A stretch of DNA of 37,755 nucleotides from Deferribacterales bacterium (lineage in GTDB: Bacteria > Chrysiogenota > Deferribacteres > Deferribacterales > Geovibrionaceae), in assembly GCA_050253335.1 (NCBI GenBank), contig JBFWJG010000021.1, positions 1-37,755 of the forward strand, given 5' to 3'. Shown here in pieces: positions 1 through 11,643 of this stretch (position 1 is the stretch's first letter; each line of letters starts with the position of its first letter). Under the pieces are notes generated by a model that was not told where the DNA came from, ran no database searches, and was given only the letters and a program-made list of their open reading frames with translations. Made by a program: the position numbers and the translations under genes.

Positions 1-660
1 CGTGTCATAGGGATGCTTAACAGTTCCATCGCCCACGATATTAAAAATCTTCTCAACATAGTGCAGAGCTATCTTGAACTGATAGACATATCAGAGCTTG
101 ACCCCGAAGTGGCGGACTATATCGAAACCATCCACTCGGAAGTGAAAAGGATACACGGGCTGACCCTTGATCTGCTGGATTTCTCAAGACAGAAGGTGTC
201 CATAAACCTCGTGCGGTTCAGGGTTTCCGATCTTTTCAAGGATCTTGCCAAGCAGTTCAGGGTTCTCACGAGAGACACAAAAGTCACAGTGGAATTCATT
301 AACGAAGACGACCCCGAGCTCTGGCTGGACAGAGAGAAAATTTTCAGGATGCTCTTCAACCTCATAGGCAACGCTGTTGATGTCCTCGGAGACAGCGGAA
401 GCGTCCGCGTGACAGCCGCCGCCGGAAACGGGTTCTGCGAATTTGATATATTTGATAACGGAAGAGGCATTCCTCAGGATACAATAAACAAGATATTCGA
501 CCCGTTTTTTACATCGGGAAAAATAAAAGGAACAGGATTGGGACTGGCCATAGTCAAAATGATTGTGGAGGCCCACTCCGGCTTTATATGCGTTGATTCT
601 AAACCGGGAGAATTCACGGTTTTCAAAGTCAGGGTGCCGTTGCGATATGAACCTTCTTAA
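1..660 (+). CDS. Sensor histidine kinase, C-terminal HisKA + HATPase_c portion (5'-truncated by window edge)
   Basis: Frame is open from base 1 (RVIGMLNSSIAHDIKN). H-box AHDIKN, N-box NLIGNAVD, G1 DNGRGI, F-box IFDPFFT, G2 GTGLGL. Confidence 0.93.
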   Translation, partial: RVIGMLNSSIAHDIKNLLNIVQSYLELIDISELDPEVADYIETIHSEVKRIHGLTLDLLDFSRQKVSINLVRFRVSDLFKDLAKQFRVLTRDTKVTVEFINEDDPELWLDREKIFRMLFNLIGNAVDVLGDSGSVRVTAAAGNGFCEFDIFDNGRGIPQDTINKIFDPFFTSGKIKGTGLGLAIVKMIVEAHSGFICVDSKPGEFTVFKVRVPLRYEPS

Positions 661-2185
661 AAACCACACACAAAAAAACGAGACAGAATTCAAGTATCTG
701 CTTTCACAGAAGTATGACCTTACCCCCGCGGACTATGTTCTTTTCAGGGAGGAAGGGATTATCACCGCTAAGATAACCACAATGGAATCGGCCGATTCCA
801 TAGTGGAGATCACCATCGCTCCGGACGGGCTGCGGGCGCATATATCACTTTATCCCGCGGTGAATGACGGAGACAGCTACACACTGGAACGCATAATGAG
901 CGTCATTGCCGAAAACGGAATCAGTGTGAACATCAAAACCGATCTAATCAAACAGGCCTATGACATCTACTTCGAAGGCGGAATAATCGAAAACATGCTG
1001 ATCGCGGAAGGAATAAAACCCATAGACGGTTCCGACGCGCAGGTCATGCTTAACTTCGATCCCGTGAACAGCCAGCCCCGCCTGCTGAAAAACGGGCGTG
1101 TGGACTATAAAAATATAGACAATATCCGCCTTGCCAGAAAAGGCGACCTGCTCCTCACCAAGCGCCCATTCACCAACGGCGTCAAAGGGCTCACCGTGCG
1201 CAACGAAGAGATCCCCGCGGAAAAGGGAAAAGATGTCAAGATCACGCTGGATGACGGCATCACCACTGATGAGCATGAAAAAGAATACTACGCCACAGTG
1301 GACGGATGTGTAACCTTCCACAACAACAAGCTCGGCGTAAGCCCCATATACAGCGTGCCCGGCAATGTGGACTACTCCACGGGGAACATCGTCTTCAACG
1401 GCGTTGTGCATATAAGGGGTGATGTGCTCAGCGGTTTTTCAGTAAAAGCCGAGAAGGACATCATGGTGGAAGGCATCGTGCAGGACGCCACACTTGTCGC
1501 CGGAGGCAGCATAGTAATCAAGACAGGGATCAAAGGCGAAACAAACAACAATGTTATCGCTGCCGGAGATGTGACCTTAGGCTACGCGGAAAAAGGGAAC
1601 ATTGCCGCCAGAGGCAATGTGGAAATCCTGAAATACGTCTACAACACAAATATAAAAGCCGGAGGCTATATTCAGGCCACGGGCGCTCCGGGAATCATAG
1701 CCGGAGGGAAGATCACAGCCTTCTCCGAAATAACCGTAAACCAGTCCGGCACAAAGGGAAACAGCAACTTCCTTATGAGTGTCGGAACCAAGTATTACTT
1801 CGAAGATGAACTGAAGGTTCTTCAGGACAACAAAGATAAATACATTCAGAACCTGGAAAAGGTTGACGAATTTTTAAGTAAGCTTGATACTTCCAACAAG
1901 GAAATTTTAAAAAATCCGAAGGTGAAGCAGCTTCTCGTCCTGCGCAAGCAGGTCATGGACAATATGACGAAAACCGAAGAACAGATCCAGAAACTTATAA
2001 AATCAGCCCACCACCGCAGACCGAAGATAAAGATAACAGGAACAATGTTCGAAGGGCTGGATGTTCAGATTTTCAGAGAAAAAATAACCATGAGAGAAAA
2101 GAAGGAGAAGGTTGTCTTCATCTATGATGAAAAATATGAAAGGATAATCTGGGTATCGCTGGATGACAAGACACAGTACGAATGA
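647..2185 (+). CDS. FapA / DUF342 family protein (flagellar assembly protein A-like)
   Basis: Motifs GRVDYKN, GNVDYSTGNIVFNGVVHIRGDV..GF.VKA, repeated beta-helix-like segments and a C-terminal coiled coil. Start moved from the track's 563 to ATG 647, which overlaps the kinase stop by 14 nt. Confidence 0.85.
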   Translation: MNLLKNHTQKNETEFKYLLSQKYDLTPADYVLFREEGIITAKITTMESADSIVEITIAPDGLRAHISLYPAVNDGDSYTLERIMSVIAENGISVNIKTDLIKQAYDIYFEGGIIENMLIAEGIKPIDGSDAQVMLNFDPVNSQPRLLKNGRVDYKNIDNIRLARKGDLLLTKRPFTNGVKGLTVRNEEIPAEKGKDVKITLDDGITTDEHEKEYYATVDGCVTFHNNKLGVSPIYSVPGNVDYSTGNIVFNGVVHIRGDVLSGFSVKAEKDIMVEGIVQDATLVAGGSIVIKTGIKGETNNNVIAAGDVTLGYAEKGNIAARGNVEILKYVYNTNIKAGGYIQATGAPGIIAGGKITAFSEITVNQSGTKGNSNFLMSVGTKYYFEDELKVLQDNKDKYIQNLEKVDEFLSKLDTSNKEILKNPKVKQLLVLRKQVMDNMTKTEEQIQKLIKSAHHRRPKIKITGTMFEGLDVQIFREKITMREKKEKVVFIYDEKYERIIWVSLDDKTQYE

Positions 2186-4979
2186 CAATATAATCATCAA
2201 AGGCGCAAGGCAGCACAACCTCAAAAACATCGATCTTGAAATTCCGAAAAACAAACTGGTGGTCATAACCGGAGTCAGCGGCTCCGGCAAGTCCACCCTT
2301 GCCTTTGACACGCTCTACGCAGAAGGGCAGAGGAGATATGTGGAGTCCCTCTCCGCATATGCAAGGCAGTTCCTTGAGCTCATGGAAAAACCCGATGTGG
2401 ATTCAATCGACTTCCTCTCCCCCGCCATAAGCATTGAACAGAAATCCATCAGCAAGAACCCCCGCTCCACAGTGGGAACAATAACCGAGATTTATGACTA
2501 CATGCGTCTTCTGTATGCCCGTGTGGGCGATGTGCACTGCCCGTCCTGCGGAAAAAAGGTGGAGAGCTACTCGGTTCAGCAGATAGTGGATTTCATAACC
2601 TCTCACCCGGACGATTCCAGAGTGGAGATATACTCCCCCATAGTCAGAGGCAAAAAAGGGGAATACAAAAAAGTGTTCGAAAAACTCCTCAAGGACGGCT
2701 TCGTCCGTGTCCTTGTGGACGGCGAACAGAGAAGGCTTGAGGAAGAGATCGACCTTGATAAAAAAATAAAACACTCAATAAGCGTCTCCATAGACAGACT
2801 CAAGCTGAAGGAAGGCCTGCAGCGCAGGCTGGCAGACTCGGTGGAAACCGCACTGAAGCTCTCCGAAGGGCTGGCGGAGATAGATGTCAACGGCGAAACC
2901 CGCCTCTTCTCGGAAAAATTCGCCTGCCCCGAATGCAGCATAAGCATAGAGGAGATAGAACCCCGCTCCTTCTCATTCAACAACCCCTTCGGCGCATGTC
3001 CTGAATGCGAAGGTCTGGGCGAGAAATCAGTGTTCGATATGGACGCCATTGTTCCAGACCCCTCATTAAGCATAAGAGACGGAGCGCTCAAGCCGTGGGA
3101 GCAGTTCGACAACTTCCACCATTACAACACTCTCGTAGCCATTTCCCAGCAGTTCGGAATAGACATGAACACCCCCTTCTCCAAACTCACGGAAGCGGAA
3201 AAGGAGATAATGCTCAACGGAACCGAAACTCCCCTGAAGCTGGAAACATTCCGAGGCGAGAAAAAGGTTCAGTACGAGAAAAAGTTTGACGGCGTTGTCG
3301 GCTGGCTCCGTGAAAAGCTCTACTCCGACAACATGACAGACAGGGAAACAGCCCGCAGATTCATGGCTTCCATGGACTGCCCCGAATGCAGCGGCGCAAG
3401 GCTCAAACCCACAAGCCTTGCCGTGACCGTCGGCGGAAGAAATATATACGAAACCTCCGAAATGAACATCACCGAGGTTCTGGACTTTTTCAACAACCTG
3501 CATTTTGAGGGTTTCAAAAAAGAGGTTGCGGACAAGATAAACGCCGAAATCAAGCGCCGTCTCAGCTTCCTCAAGGATGTGGGGCTCGAATATATCACCC
3601 TTTCCAGAAAATCATCCACACTCTCCGGCGGAGAGGCTCAGAGGATAAGGCTCGCCACCCAGATAGGCTCAGGACTCACAGGCGTTCTCTATGTTCTGGA
3701 TGAGCCTTCCATAGGGCTTCATCAGCGGGATAACGATATGCTCATAGCCACGCTGAAAAACCTGCGGGACATAGGCAACTCAGTTCTCGTGGTTGAACAC
3801 GACGAAGACACCATAGCCGCCTGCGACCATGTGATAGACATGGGTCCCGGGGCGGGGCGCAAGGGCGGCCACATTGTTTTCAGCGGCAGACCGGAGGAAA
3901 TACGCCACTGCGAGGCATCCCTCACGGGAGCTTACCTCAGCGGGGTTAAAGAAATAGAAGTTCCCAAACGCAAAAAAGCGGACAAAAAACGAATCCTCGC
4001 ACTGAAAGGCGCAAAAGAGCACAACCTCAAAAATGTTGACATAGAAATACCCCTAGGGCTGATGGTCTGCGTTACAGGGGTGAGCGGTTCAGGGAAATCA
4101 ACACTCATAATGGACACCCTTTATCCTGCGCTGATGAAGCGCCTCCACGGAACAGGGATGCGCGGAGGAGTCTTCGCCGAACTCAGCGGGGCAGAGCACA
4201 TAGACAAAGTAATAGACATAGACCAGAGCCCCATCGGGCGCACGCCCCGTTCCAACCCCTCCACCTACACGGGAATTTTCACCGATATGCGAGATCTCTT
4301 CGCCCAGACGCCCGATGCGAAAAAGCGCGGCTACAAGGCGGGAAGGTTCAGCTTCAACGTCCGTTACGGACGCTGTGAAACCTGTCAGGGCGAGGGATAT
4401 ATCAAGATTGAGATGCACTTCCTTCCCGATATGTATGTCAAATGCGATGCCTGCGGCGGAAAGAGATACAACCGCGATACGCTGGACATCCGCTATAAAG
4501 ATAAAAATATCTCAGATGTGCTTGATATGACTGTGAATCAGGCATTTGAGTTTTTCGAAAACGTGCCGAAATTAAAGAATAAGCTTGAAGTGCTCGTCAA
4601 TGTCGGTCTGGGCTATATCAAGCTCGGTCAGCCGGCGACAACCCTTTCCGGCGGCGAAGCCCAGAGGGTGAAGCTCGCGAAAGAGCTGATGAAGCGCCCC
4701 ACGGGAAAAACAGTTTATATTTTCGATGAACCCACGACCGGGCTGCATTTCGATGATATAAACAAGCTTGTGAAAATTTTCAGGGCTTTGACCGAAAGCG
4801 GAAATACTGTTATCATCATCGAGCACAACCTTGATGTTATCAAATGCGCAGACCATATAATCGACCTCGGACCCGAAGGCGGCGACGGGGGAGGAACAAT
4901 AATTTTCAAGGGTACTCCCGAAAAGTGCGCCGAATGCGCAGAGTCATACACGGGAAGATACCTGAAAAGGAAACTTTAG
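2163..4979 (+). CDS. uvrA: Excinuclease ABC subunit A
   Basis: GARQHNLKNI, two Walker A motifs GVSGSGKS, two LSGGEAQR signatures, CxxC zinc fingers, 938 aa. Confidence 0.99.
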   Translation: MTRHSTNDNIIIKGARQHNLKNIDLEIPKNKLVVITGVSGSGKSTLAFDTLYAEGQRRYVESLSAYARQFLELMEKPDVDSIDFLSPAISIEQKSISKNPRSTVGTITEIYDYMRLLYARVGDVHCPSCGKKVESYSVQQIVDFITSHPDDSRVEIYSPIVRGKKGEYKKVFEKLLKDGFVRVLVDGEQRRLEEEIDLDKKIKHSISVSIDRLKLKEGLQRRLADSVETALKLSEGLAEIDVNGETRLFSEKFACPECSISIEEIEPRSFSFNNPFGACPECEGLGEKSVFDMDAIVPDPSLSIRDGALKPWEQFDNFHHYNTLVAISQQFGIDMNTPFSKLTEAEKEIMLNGTETPLKLETFRGEKKVQYEKKFDGVVGWLREKLYSDNMTDRETARRFMASMDCPECSGARLKPTSLAVTVGGRNIYETSEMNITEVLDFFNNLHFEGFKKEVADKINAEIKRRLSFLKDVGLEYITLSRKSSTLSGGEAQRIRLATQIGSGLTGVLYVLDEPSIGLHQRDNDMLIATLKNLRDIGNSVLVVEHDEDTIAACDHVIDMGPGAGRKGGHIVFSGRPEEIRHCEASLTGAYLSGVKEIEVPKRKKADKKRILALKGAKEHNLKNVDIEIPLGLMVCVTGVSGSGKSTLIMDTLYPALMKRLHGTGMRGGVFAELSGAEHIDKVIDIDQSPIGRTPRSNPSTYTGIFTDMRDLFAQTPDAKKRGYKAGRFSFNVRYGRCETCQGEGYIKIEMHFLPDMYVKCDACGGKRYNRDTLDIRYKDKNISDVLDMTVNQAFEFFENVPKLKNKLEVLVNVGLGYIKLGQPATTLSGGEAQRVKLAKELMKRPTGKTVYIFDEPTTGLHFDDINKLVKIFRALTESGNTVIIIEHNLDVIKCADHIIDLGPEGGDGGGTIIFKGTPEKCAECAESYTGRYLKRKL

Positions 4980-4980
4980 C

Positions 4981-6816
4981 GTGAAGAAGAAAACTGCCTT
5001 ACTGATCTTAATTCTGCTCGCCTCCTTCGCATCCGCATTCGCGGAGGAGCTGATTGACAAGTATAACTCCGCCAAGAACGACCTTGCATACATAGAGAAA
5101 TCATCAAAAGTCACACGAAAATCCTATGAAAACGTGGCTGACAGGTTTTTCCAGATATACTCCGTTCAGCCCTCCGGAGCGCTGGCGGATGATGCCCTGC
5201 ACTACACGGCGCAGACCTATTACAGAAGCTACAAACGCTTTAACAGCAGGGATGACCTGCTGAAAACAATCAGAAACCTGAACCTCCTCGCCATAAACTA
5301 CAGCACGAGACTTGCGTCTCTGGCATATATCCAGCTTGCGGACATCTATATAGCAAGCAAGGATTACCCCTCCGCAAGGTTCACCCTGAACAAGATGCTT
5401 ATAAAATTCCCGAAATCCGAAGACACTCCTGCGGCTAAGAAAAAGCTGGAACAGATAAACGAACTCATCGCCGCCGCGGAGAGAAAAGACCGCTCCCTGA
5501 CTCCGCCCCCTGCCCCCCGCGCCTTGGCTTCCCTGCCGGAGGAGAACATCCCCCCCGCTGTGCCGGAGCTCAAGGCTGACCCCGCCTCGGCGGCAAACAC
5601 CGGTTATGAGCCTGCTGTGAAAAGCACCGACAGCCTCTATACGGATAACGCCCCGTCAGACCAAGGAAGCGGAGAAAACCACTACGGCGTTAAAGCCGGA
5701 GAGCAGAGCGACAAGGTGGTCAAAAGCATACGCCACTTCGCCGCCAGCGACTACACAAGGGTGGTGATAGACCTCAATAAGCCCACGGAGTTTATGAAGC
5801 ACTGGCTCAGGGAAAACCCCGAGTTCAACAAACCGCCTAGGCTTTTCATCGATCTCAAAACAGATTCCATAGACTCCGCCATTCCCAAGGAGATAGACAT
5901 AAAAGACGGCCTCCTCCGCTCCGTGCGCTGGGCTCCGAACCGTCCGGGCGTAACGCGCATAGTTCTCGACAGCGACAATGTTAAGGACTTCACCGTATTC
6001 GCCATGAGCAATCCGGACAGGATAGTCATAGACGTCAGCAATCAGGATATCGACAACAAGAACAGAGAACCGGTATCAACCGCGCAGAACAGCATAAATG
6101 ACGGCAGAGACCTCTCAAAGGCGACTCTGGCAAGCGTTTTCGGTCTTAAAGTGCGCCGTATAGTAATAGACGCGGGCCACGGCGGAAAAGACCCCGGAGC
6201 CTCATATTACGGGCTGAAGGAGAAGGATATTGTCCTGGACATAGCCCTTGAGCTGGAAAAGCTTTTCAAGCAGAACACAGACCTTGACGTGCACCTCACA
6301 AGAAGGACGGATGTGTTCATCCCCCTTGAGGAGAGAACAGCCATAGCAAACAGGCTCAAGGCGGATATCTTCGTCTCCGTCCATGTCAACGCCAGCAGAA
6401 ACAAAAACAGCAGCGGGCTTGAAACCTTCGTGCTTAACGTAACCAAGGATCAGTCGGCTCTGGAAGTCGCCGCGGCGGAAAACATGGCCACGGAAAAATC
6501 AATGAGCGACCTTCAGGGAATCCTGAAAGATATAATGCTTAACTCCAAGCTTGAGGAATCGCTCCTCCTCGCCGCCAAGGCGCAGGAATCGCTCACCCAG
6601 TCGGTTTACGGCACAGCGAACCACAGAAGCAACAGAGGGGTCAAGCAGGCTCCGTTCTATGTTCTTGTGGGTGCGAAGATGCCCTCCATACTGGTTGAGG
6701 CGGGCTTCATCTCAAACAGGGAAGAAGCAGAGATGCTGAAAAGCAGCGCCCACAGAAAGAAAATCGCCTACGGCATTTTTCAGGGCTTACAGAGCTATAT
6801 AGAACTGCATAAGTAA
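4981..6816 (+). CDS. N-acetylmuramoyl-L-alanine amidase (signal peptide, TPR-like N-terminus, Pro-rich linker, AMIN, Amidase_3)
   Basis: GTG start with signal peptide; AMIN-like RVVIDL/PPRLFID/PDRIVID; catalytic motifs IDAGHGGKDPG, KEKD, SVHVN, LVEAGF. Confidence 0.93.
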   Translation: MKKKTALLILILLASFASAFAEELIDKYNSAKNDLAYIEKSSKVTRKSYENVADRFFQIYSVQPSGALADDALHYTAQTYYRSYKRFNSRDDLLKTIRNLNLLAINYSTRLASLAYIQLADIYIASKDYPSARFTLNKMLIKFPKSEDTPAAKKKLEQINELIAAAERKDRSLTPPPAPRALASLPEENIPPAVPELKADPASAANTGYEPAVKSTDSLYTDNAPSDQGSGENHYGVKAGEQSDKVVKSIRHFAASDYTRVVIDLNKPTEFMKHWLRENPEFNKPPRLFIDLKTDSIDSAIPKEIDIKDGLLRSVRWAPNRPGVTRIVLDSDNVKDFTVFAMSNPDRIVIDVSNQDIDNKNREPVSTAQNSINDGRDLSKATLASVFGLKVRRIVIDAGHGGKDPGASYYGLKEKDIVLDIALELEKLFKQNTDLDVHLTRRTDVFIPLEERTAIANRLKADIFVSVHVNASRNKNSSGLETFVLNVTKDQSALEVAAAENMATEKSMSDLQGILKDIMLNSKLEESLLLAAKAQESLTQSVYGTANHRSNRGVKQAPFYVLVGAKMPSILVEAGFISNREEAEMLKSSAHRKKIAYGIFQGLQSYIELHK

Positions 6817-6825
6817 TCACGGGCA

Positions 6826-6855
6826 GCACAGCCGCAGGTATTCTTACGGCTGTGC
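6826..6855 (+). terminator. Stem-loop downstream of the amidase gene (possible terminator)
   Basis: gcacagccg (6826-6834) pairs with cggctgtgc (6847-6855); only a weak T tail follows. Confidence 0.5.
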
Positions 6856-6954
6856 CCGCCTTTGTCTCATCCTTTCCATATTCATAACCCTATTCATTTT
6901 TTTCATGTATTTTTCTCTTGATTTTTTCTCCCGTGATCTATAAAAATAACACTG

Positions 6955-6981
6955 TTGGCACTCAACGCATCAGAGTGCTAA
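6955..6981 (+). promoter_or_regulatory. CIRCE operator (HrcA binding site) of groESL
   Basis: TTGGCACTC-aacgcatca(N9)-GAGTGCTAA, one mismatch to the consensus TTAGCACTC-N9-GAGTGCTAA. A plausible sigma70 promoter (TTGATT 6918-6923, TATAAA/TAAAAA near 6939-6946) lies just upstream. Confidence 0.95.
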
Positions 6982-7027
6982 TAACCTGATTAAGGCAATT
7001 AAAACAAAAAATATAAGGAGGAAGAAG

Positions 7028-8982
<1,955 letters not shown>

Positions 8983-9023
8983 TCATCACGCAACCTGTTT
9001 CGTTATATTTCAATAAGTTTCAC

Positions 9024-9060
9024 AAAGCCCGCAGGCCTCACCGGTTTGCGGGCTTTTTTT
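9024..9060 (+). terminator. Rho-independent terminator of groESL
   Basis: aaagcccgcaggcc...ggtttgcgggcttt stem followed by a T-run. Confidence 0.9.
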
Positions 9061-9193
9061 ATTTGATATTTTTTCAGTTTGTTTCATTATTTTTCAGCAA
9101 GTTGTGCAGGTTTATGGGTATAATGGGAAACATTATGTTCTGGGAAAAATAACTCCAGAGGAGTATTCTGAAAGAGCGGAAAACTACTAAAAT

Positions 9194-10078
9194 TTGAGGC
9201 TTTCAAAAATGTTTATGACTCCAGATTTTGAAAAAATATACAAAAACATTGACTCCAATGAATTAACTACAAGAATACGGGAATTTCGTAAACTTAATAT
9301 CAGAAACATGTCTACCAGTGAACTCGGAGAGGCAGTATATAAAGTACTAGTTGTCAATAACCGTTTCACCTTCCCAACACGCACACTAAATTACCAGGCG
9401 TGCACAATATTTTTCCGAGTAAGAAAGCTCGACGGGAGTATAATTCCTAATAAAAATCTATCAACTCTTTCAGATTTTTGGAACCCTCCCTCTGAAGTAA
9501 TACTCAACTACGGCAGACTAAATAAGCCTAATGAATCTTTACTTTATACATCACCAGACCCCAATCTATGTATTCAAGAAATGAAAATCAAGACTGGAGA
9601 ATATTTTGCCCTTATTAAGTATGAGTCAAAGGAAGTTATAAAAGCGAATCCAATATCCAGTGACATTGACTTTAAAGCTTTTAATATAAATGATCCCAAA
9701 GCACAGCTTAATTTAAATATAATAAATGATTTCTTAAAAGATGAATTTTCCAGAGACGTTGGTGTTGGAACTGAATACCTTTACAAGACCTCTGAATTTA
9801 TCGCAAAAAACTTTTTTGATCTTCCTCCGAGAGCCATGCAGGACGCTTGGTTGTATTCATCAATTTGGGACAAAACTAATTATAATATTTGCTTCAGACC
9901 TGAGATAGCAAAGGAACTACTTGAATTAAAAGGCGCTGTTATAGCAAAACTGGACGATAATCGTAATATAAATTGCTATGCCATTAGCTATGTATCCAAA
10001 ATAAATAACAATGTACAGTTTGAAACGATCGAAAGTGATATGAAAAAGGAACTCTTTCCTGAAATTTGTCCAAACTGA
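9194..10078 (+). CDS. RES-domain-containing protein, AT-rich and likely horizontally acquired (true start may be ATG 9209)
   Basis: FFRVRK...WNPP...YGRLNKPNESLLYTS...IQEM...YSS pattern typical of RES domains. Line 9241-9300 has 17/60 G+C versus 37/60 at 10441-10500. Confidence 0.7.
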   Translation: MRLSKMFMTPDFEKIYKNIDSNELTTRIREFRKLNIRNMSTSELGEAVYKVLVVNNRFTFPTRTLNYQACTIFFRVRKLDGSIIPNKNLSTLSDFWNPPSEVILNYGRLNKPNESLLYTSPDPNLCIQEMKIKTGEYFALIKYESKEVIKANPISSDIDFKAFNINDPKAQLNLNIINDFLKDEFSRDVGVGTEYLYKTSEFIAKNFFDLPPRAMQDAWLYSSIWDKTNYNICFRPEIAKELLELKGAVIAKLDDNRNINCYAISYVSKINNNVQFETIESDMKKELFPEICPN

Positions 10079-10262
10079 AACTAATATCAAAAAAATTCTG
10101 AACATATTCATGTACAAAAGATCGAAAATATAATATTACTCATTTGTTCAATTAAATGAGATATTAAGTTCAAGTACTCATGTTGTGATACTCTAAAGAG
10201 ATGCTTCAAAATGAGCCTAACGCCTGAATTTTACAGAACACTTATGAGTTACTTCATTTCTT

Positions 10263-10877
10263 ATGAAAAAGCTTGAAGCATCGTTCTTTGACCGTACTCC
10301 GTGCGAGGTAGCCCGTGATCTTCTGGGCAAGGTGATATTCCGTCTGCATGACGGTGTGTGGCTCAGGGCGCAGATAATAGAAACCGAAAGCTATTACATG
10401 CACGAAAAGGGAAGCCACGCCTCCCTCGGCTACACCGAAAAGCGCAGGGCGCTGTTCATGCCCGCCGGAACAATATATATGTACTACGCCCGCGGCGGAG
10501 ACTCGCTGAACATGAGCTGTCACGGTGAGGGAAACGCAGTGCTGATAAAATCCGGCTATCCTTACGGGGATGATGCGGAGATGATACGCATGATGAAAAA
10601 GCTCAATCCCCTCAAGAGCGACGGGCGGGAGCGGGAAACGGAAAAGCTGTGCAGCGGACAGACCCTTTTATGCCGTTCCCTCGCCCTGAAGGTTCCGCAG
10701 TATGACGCAAAAACATTTGACGAGTGCTTCTTCATGGCGGATACGGGCTACAGGCCGGAAAAGACAGCCGAAGCCCCGCGCCTCGGCATCCCCAAGGGGC
10801 GTGACGAGCACCTGCCTTACAGATATATTGATGTAAAATATATGAATTTCTGCACAAAACCCCTAAAAAATCCTTAA
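10263..10877 (+). CDS. 3-methyladenine DNA glycosylase, MPG/AAG family
   Basis: FFDR..EVARDLLGK, IIETESY, GTIYMY, LN.S...GNAVLIK, PRLGI, PYRY motifs. Confidence 0.9.
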   Translation: MKKLEASFFDRTPCEVARDLLGKVIFRLHDGVWLRAQIIETESYYMHEKGSHASLGYTEKRRALFMPAGTIYMYYARGGDSLNMSCHGEGNAVLIKSGYPYGDDAEMIRMMKKLNPLKSDGRERETEKLCSGQTLLCRSLALKVPQYDAKTFDECFFMADTGYRPEKTAEAPRLGIPKGRDEHLPYRYIDVKYMNFCTKPLKNP

Positions 10878-10881
10878 AATC

Positions 10882-10890
10882 TGGTATAAT
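10882..10890 (+). promoter_or_regulatory. Extended -10 promoter for the DsrE-like gene
   Basis: TG-G-TATAAT 27 nt upstream of the ATG at 10918. Confidence 0.55.
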
Positions 10891-10917
10891 GTTCAGAAAA
10901 ACATCTGCGGTGGAAGT

Positions 10918-11400
10918 ATGAAGAAAATTCTGATCGCGGTTATCCTCACGCTGTTTGCCGCATATGCCGCATACGCCGAGGAAAGCCACTCCGACTCGCT
11001 TTCAGGTCTCAGCACGGTCAGGGCAGTTATTGATTTGAATCAGGGCAAGGCAAACCTTCTGGATCTCCGCCTTGTCTCCATCAGAAAAACCTTTGAGAGC
11101 TTAAAAAGCGAAGGCGTCAAACCTGTGTTTATCGTTGTTGTCCGCGGCGATGCATCCGCCTTTATGGCAGAGTCCGACAAATATATCAGCAGTATGGACA
11201 CAGGGCTGAAGAAGATAATGCACAAGCGGATAAACGAGCTCAGGGATATGGGAGTGCGCTTTCAGCAGTGCGGTCTTTCACTGGCGTTCATGAAGATAGA
11301 CCAGTCAGAAATTATAAACGGTGCTGAAATCGTCAAAAACGGCTACATCAGCCTTGCGGGGTATCAGAACAAAGGATACGCGCTGTTGTCCATGGACTAG
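10918..11400 (+). CDS. Exported DsrE/DsrF-like family protein
   Basis: Signal peptide ending AYA; VVVRGDA, GVRFQQCG (single conserved Cys), V.NGYISL..YQNKGYA. Confidence 0.75.
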   Translation: MKKILIAVILTLFAAYAAYAEESHSDSLSGLSTVRAVIDLNQGKANLLDLRLVSIRKTFESLKSEGVKPVFIVVVRGDASAFMAESDKYISSMDTGLKKIMHKRINELRDMGVRFQQCGLSLAFMKIDQSEIINGAEIVKNGYISLAGYQNKGYALLSMD

Positions 11401-11414
11401 ATTTTACACAAAAA

Positions 11415-11637
11415 AGCCTCCCCGAAGGGAGGCCTGAGTTTGCCGGCAAAATTCTTTTAAAAGTGAAAAAGCCGCATAAATCCTCTCCTGCCCTCCTTTT
11501 CAAAAGGAGGGTGTTTTGCTTTAAGCGGAAACAACTTCCCCCTTTAACAAAGGGGGACGCGAGGGGGATTTTACGGATATGAACAAGCTTTTTACTATAT
11601 TTCTCATCAGTCTGAGCCTCCCCGAAGGGAGGCCTGA
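11415..11637. mobile_element. MITE-like 177-bp insert flanked by a perfect 23-bp direct repeat of a terminator hairpin
   Basis: agcctccccgaagggaggcctga occurs at 11415-11437 and 11615-11637. The insert (11438-11614) contains an inverted pair of palindromic units at 11478-11511 and 11538-11571. Confidence 0.7.
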
Positions 11638-11643
11638 ATCTTA

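Noticed and set aside
4400..4900. Apparent shift toward T-ending codons in the uvrA 3' end (possible recombination patch)
   Set aside because: Impression only; it needs codon statistics and strain alignments that I cannot run.
10211..10276. 21-codon ORF MSLTPEFYRTLMSYFISYEKA overlapping the mpg start
   Set aside because: Too short, no clear RBS, and the resemblance to MPG N-termini is probably chance.
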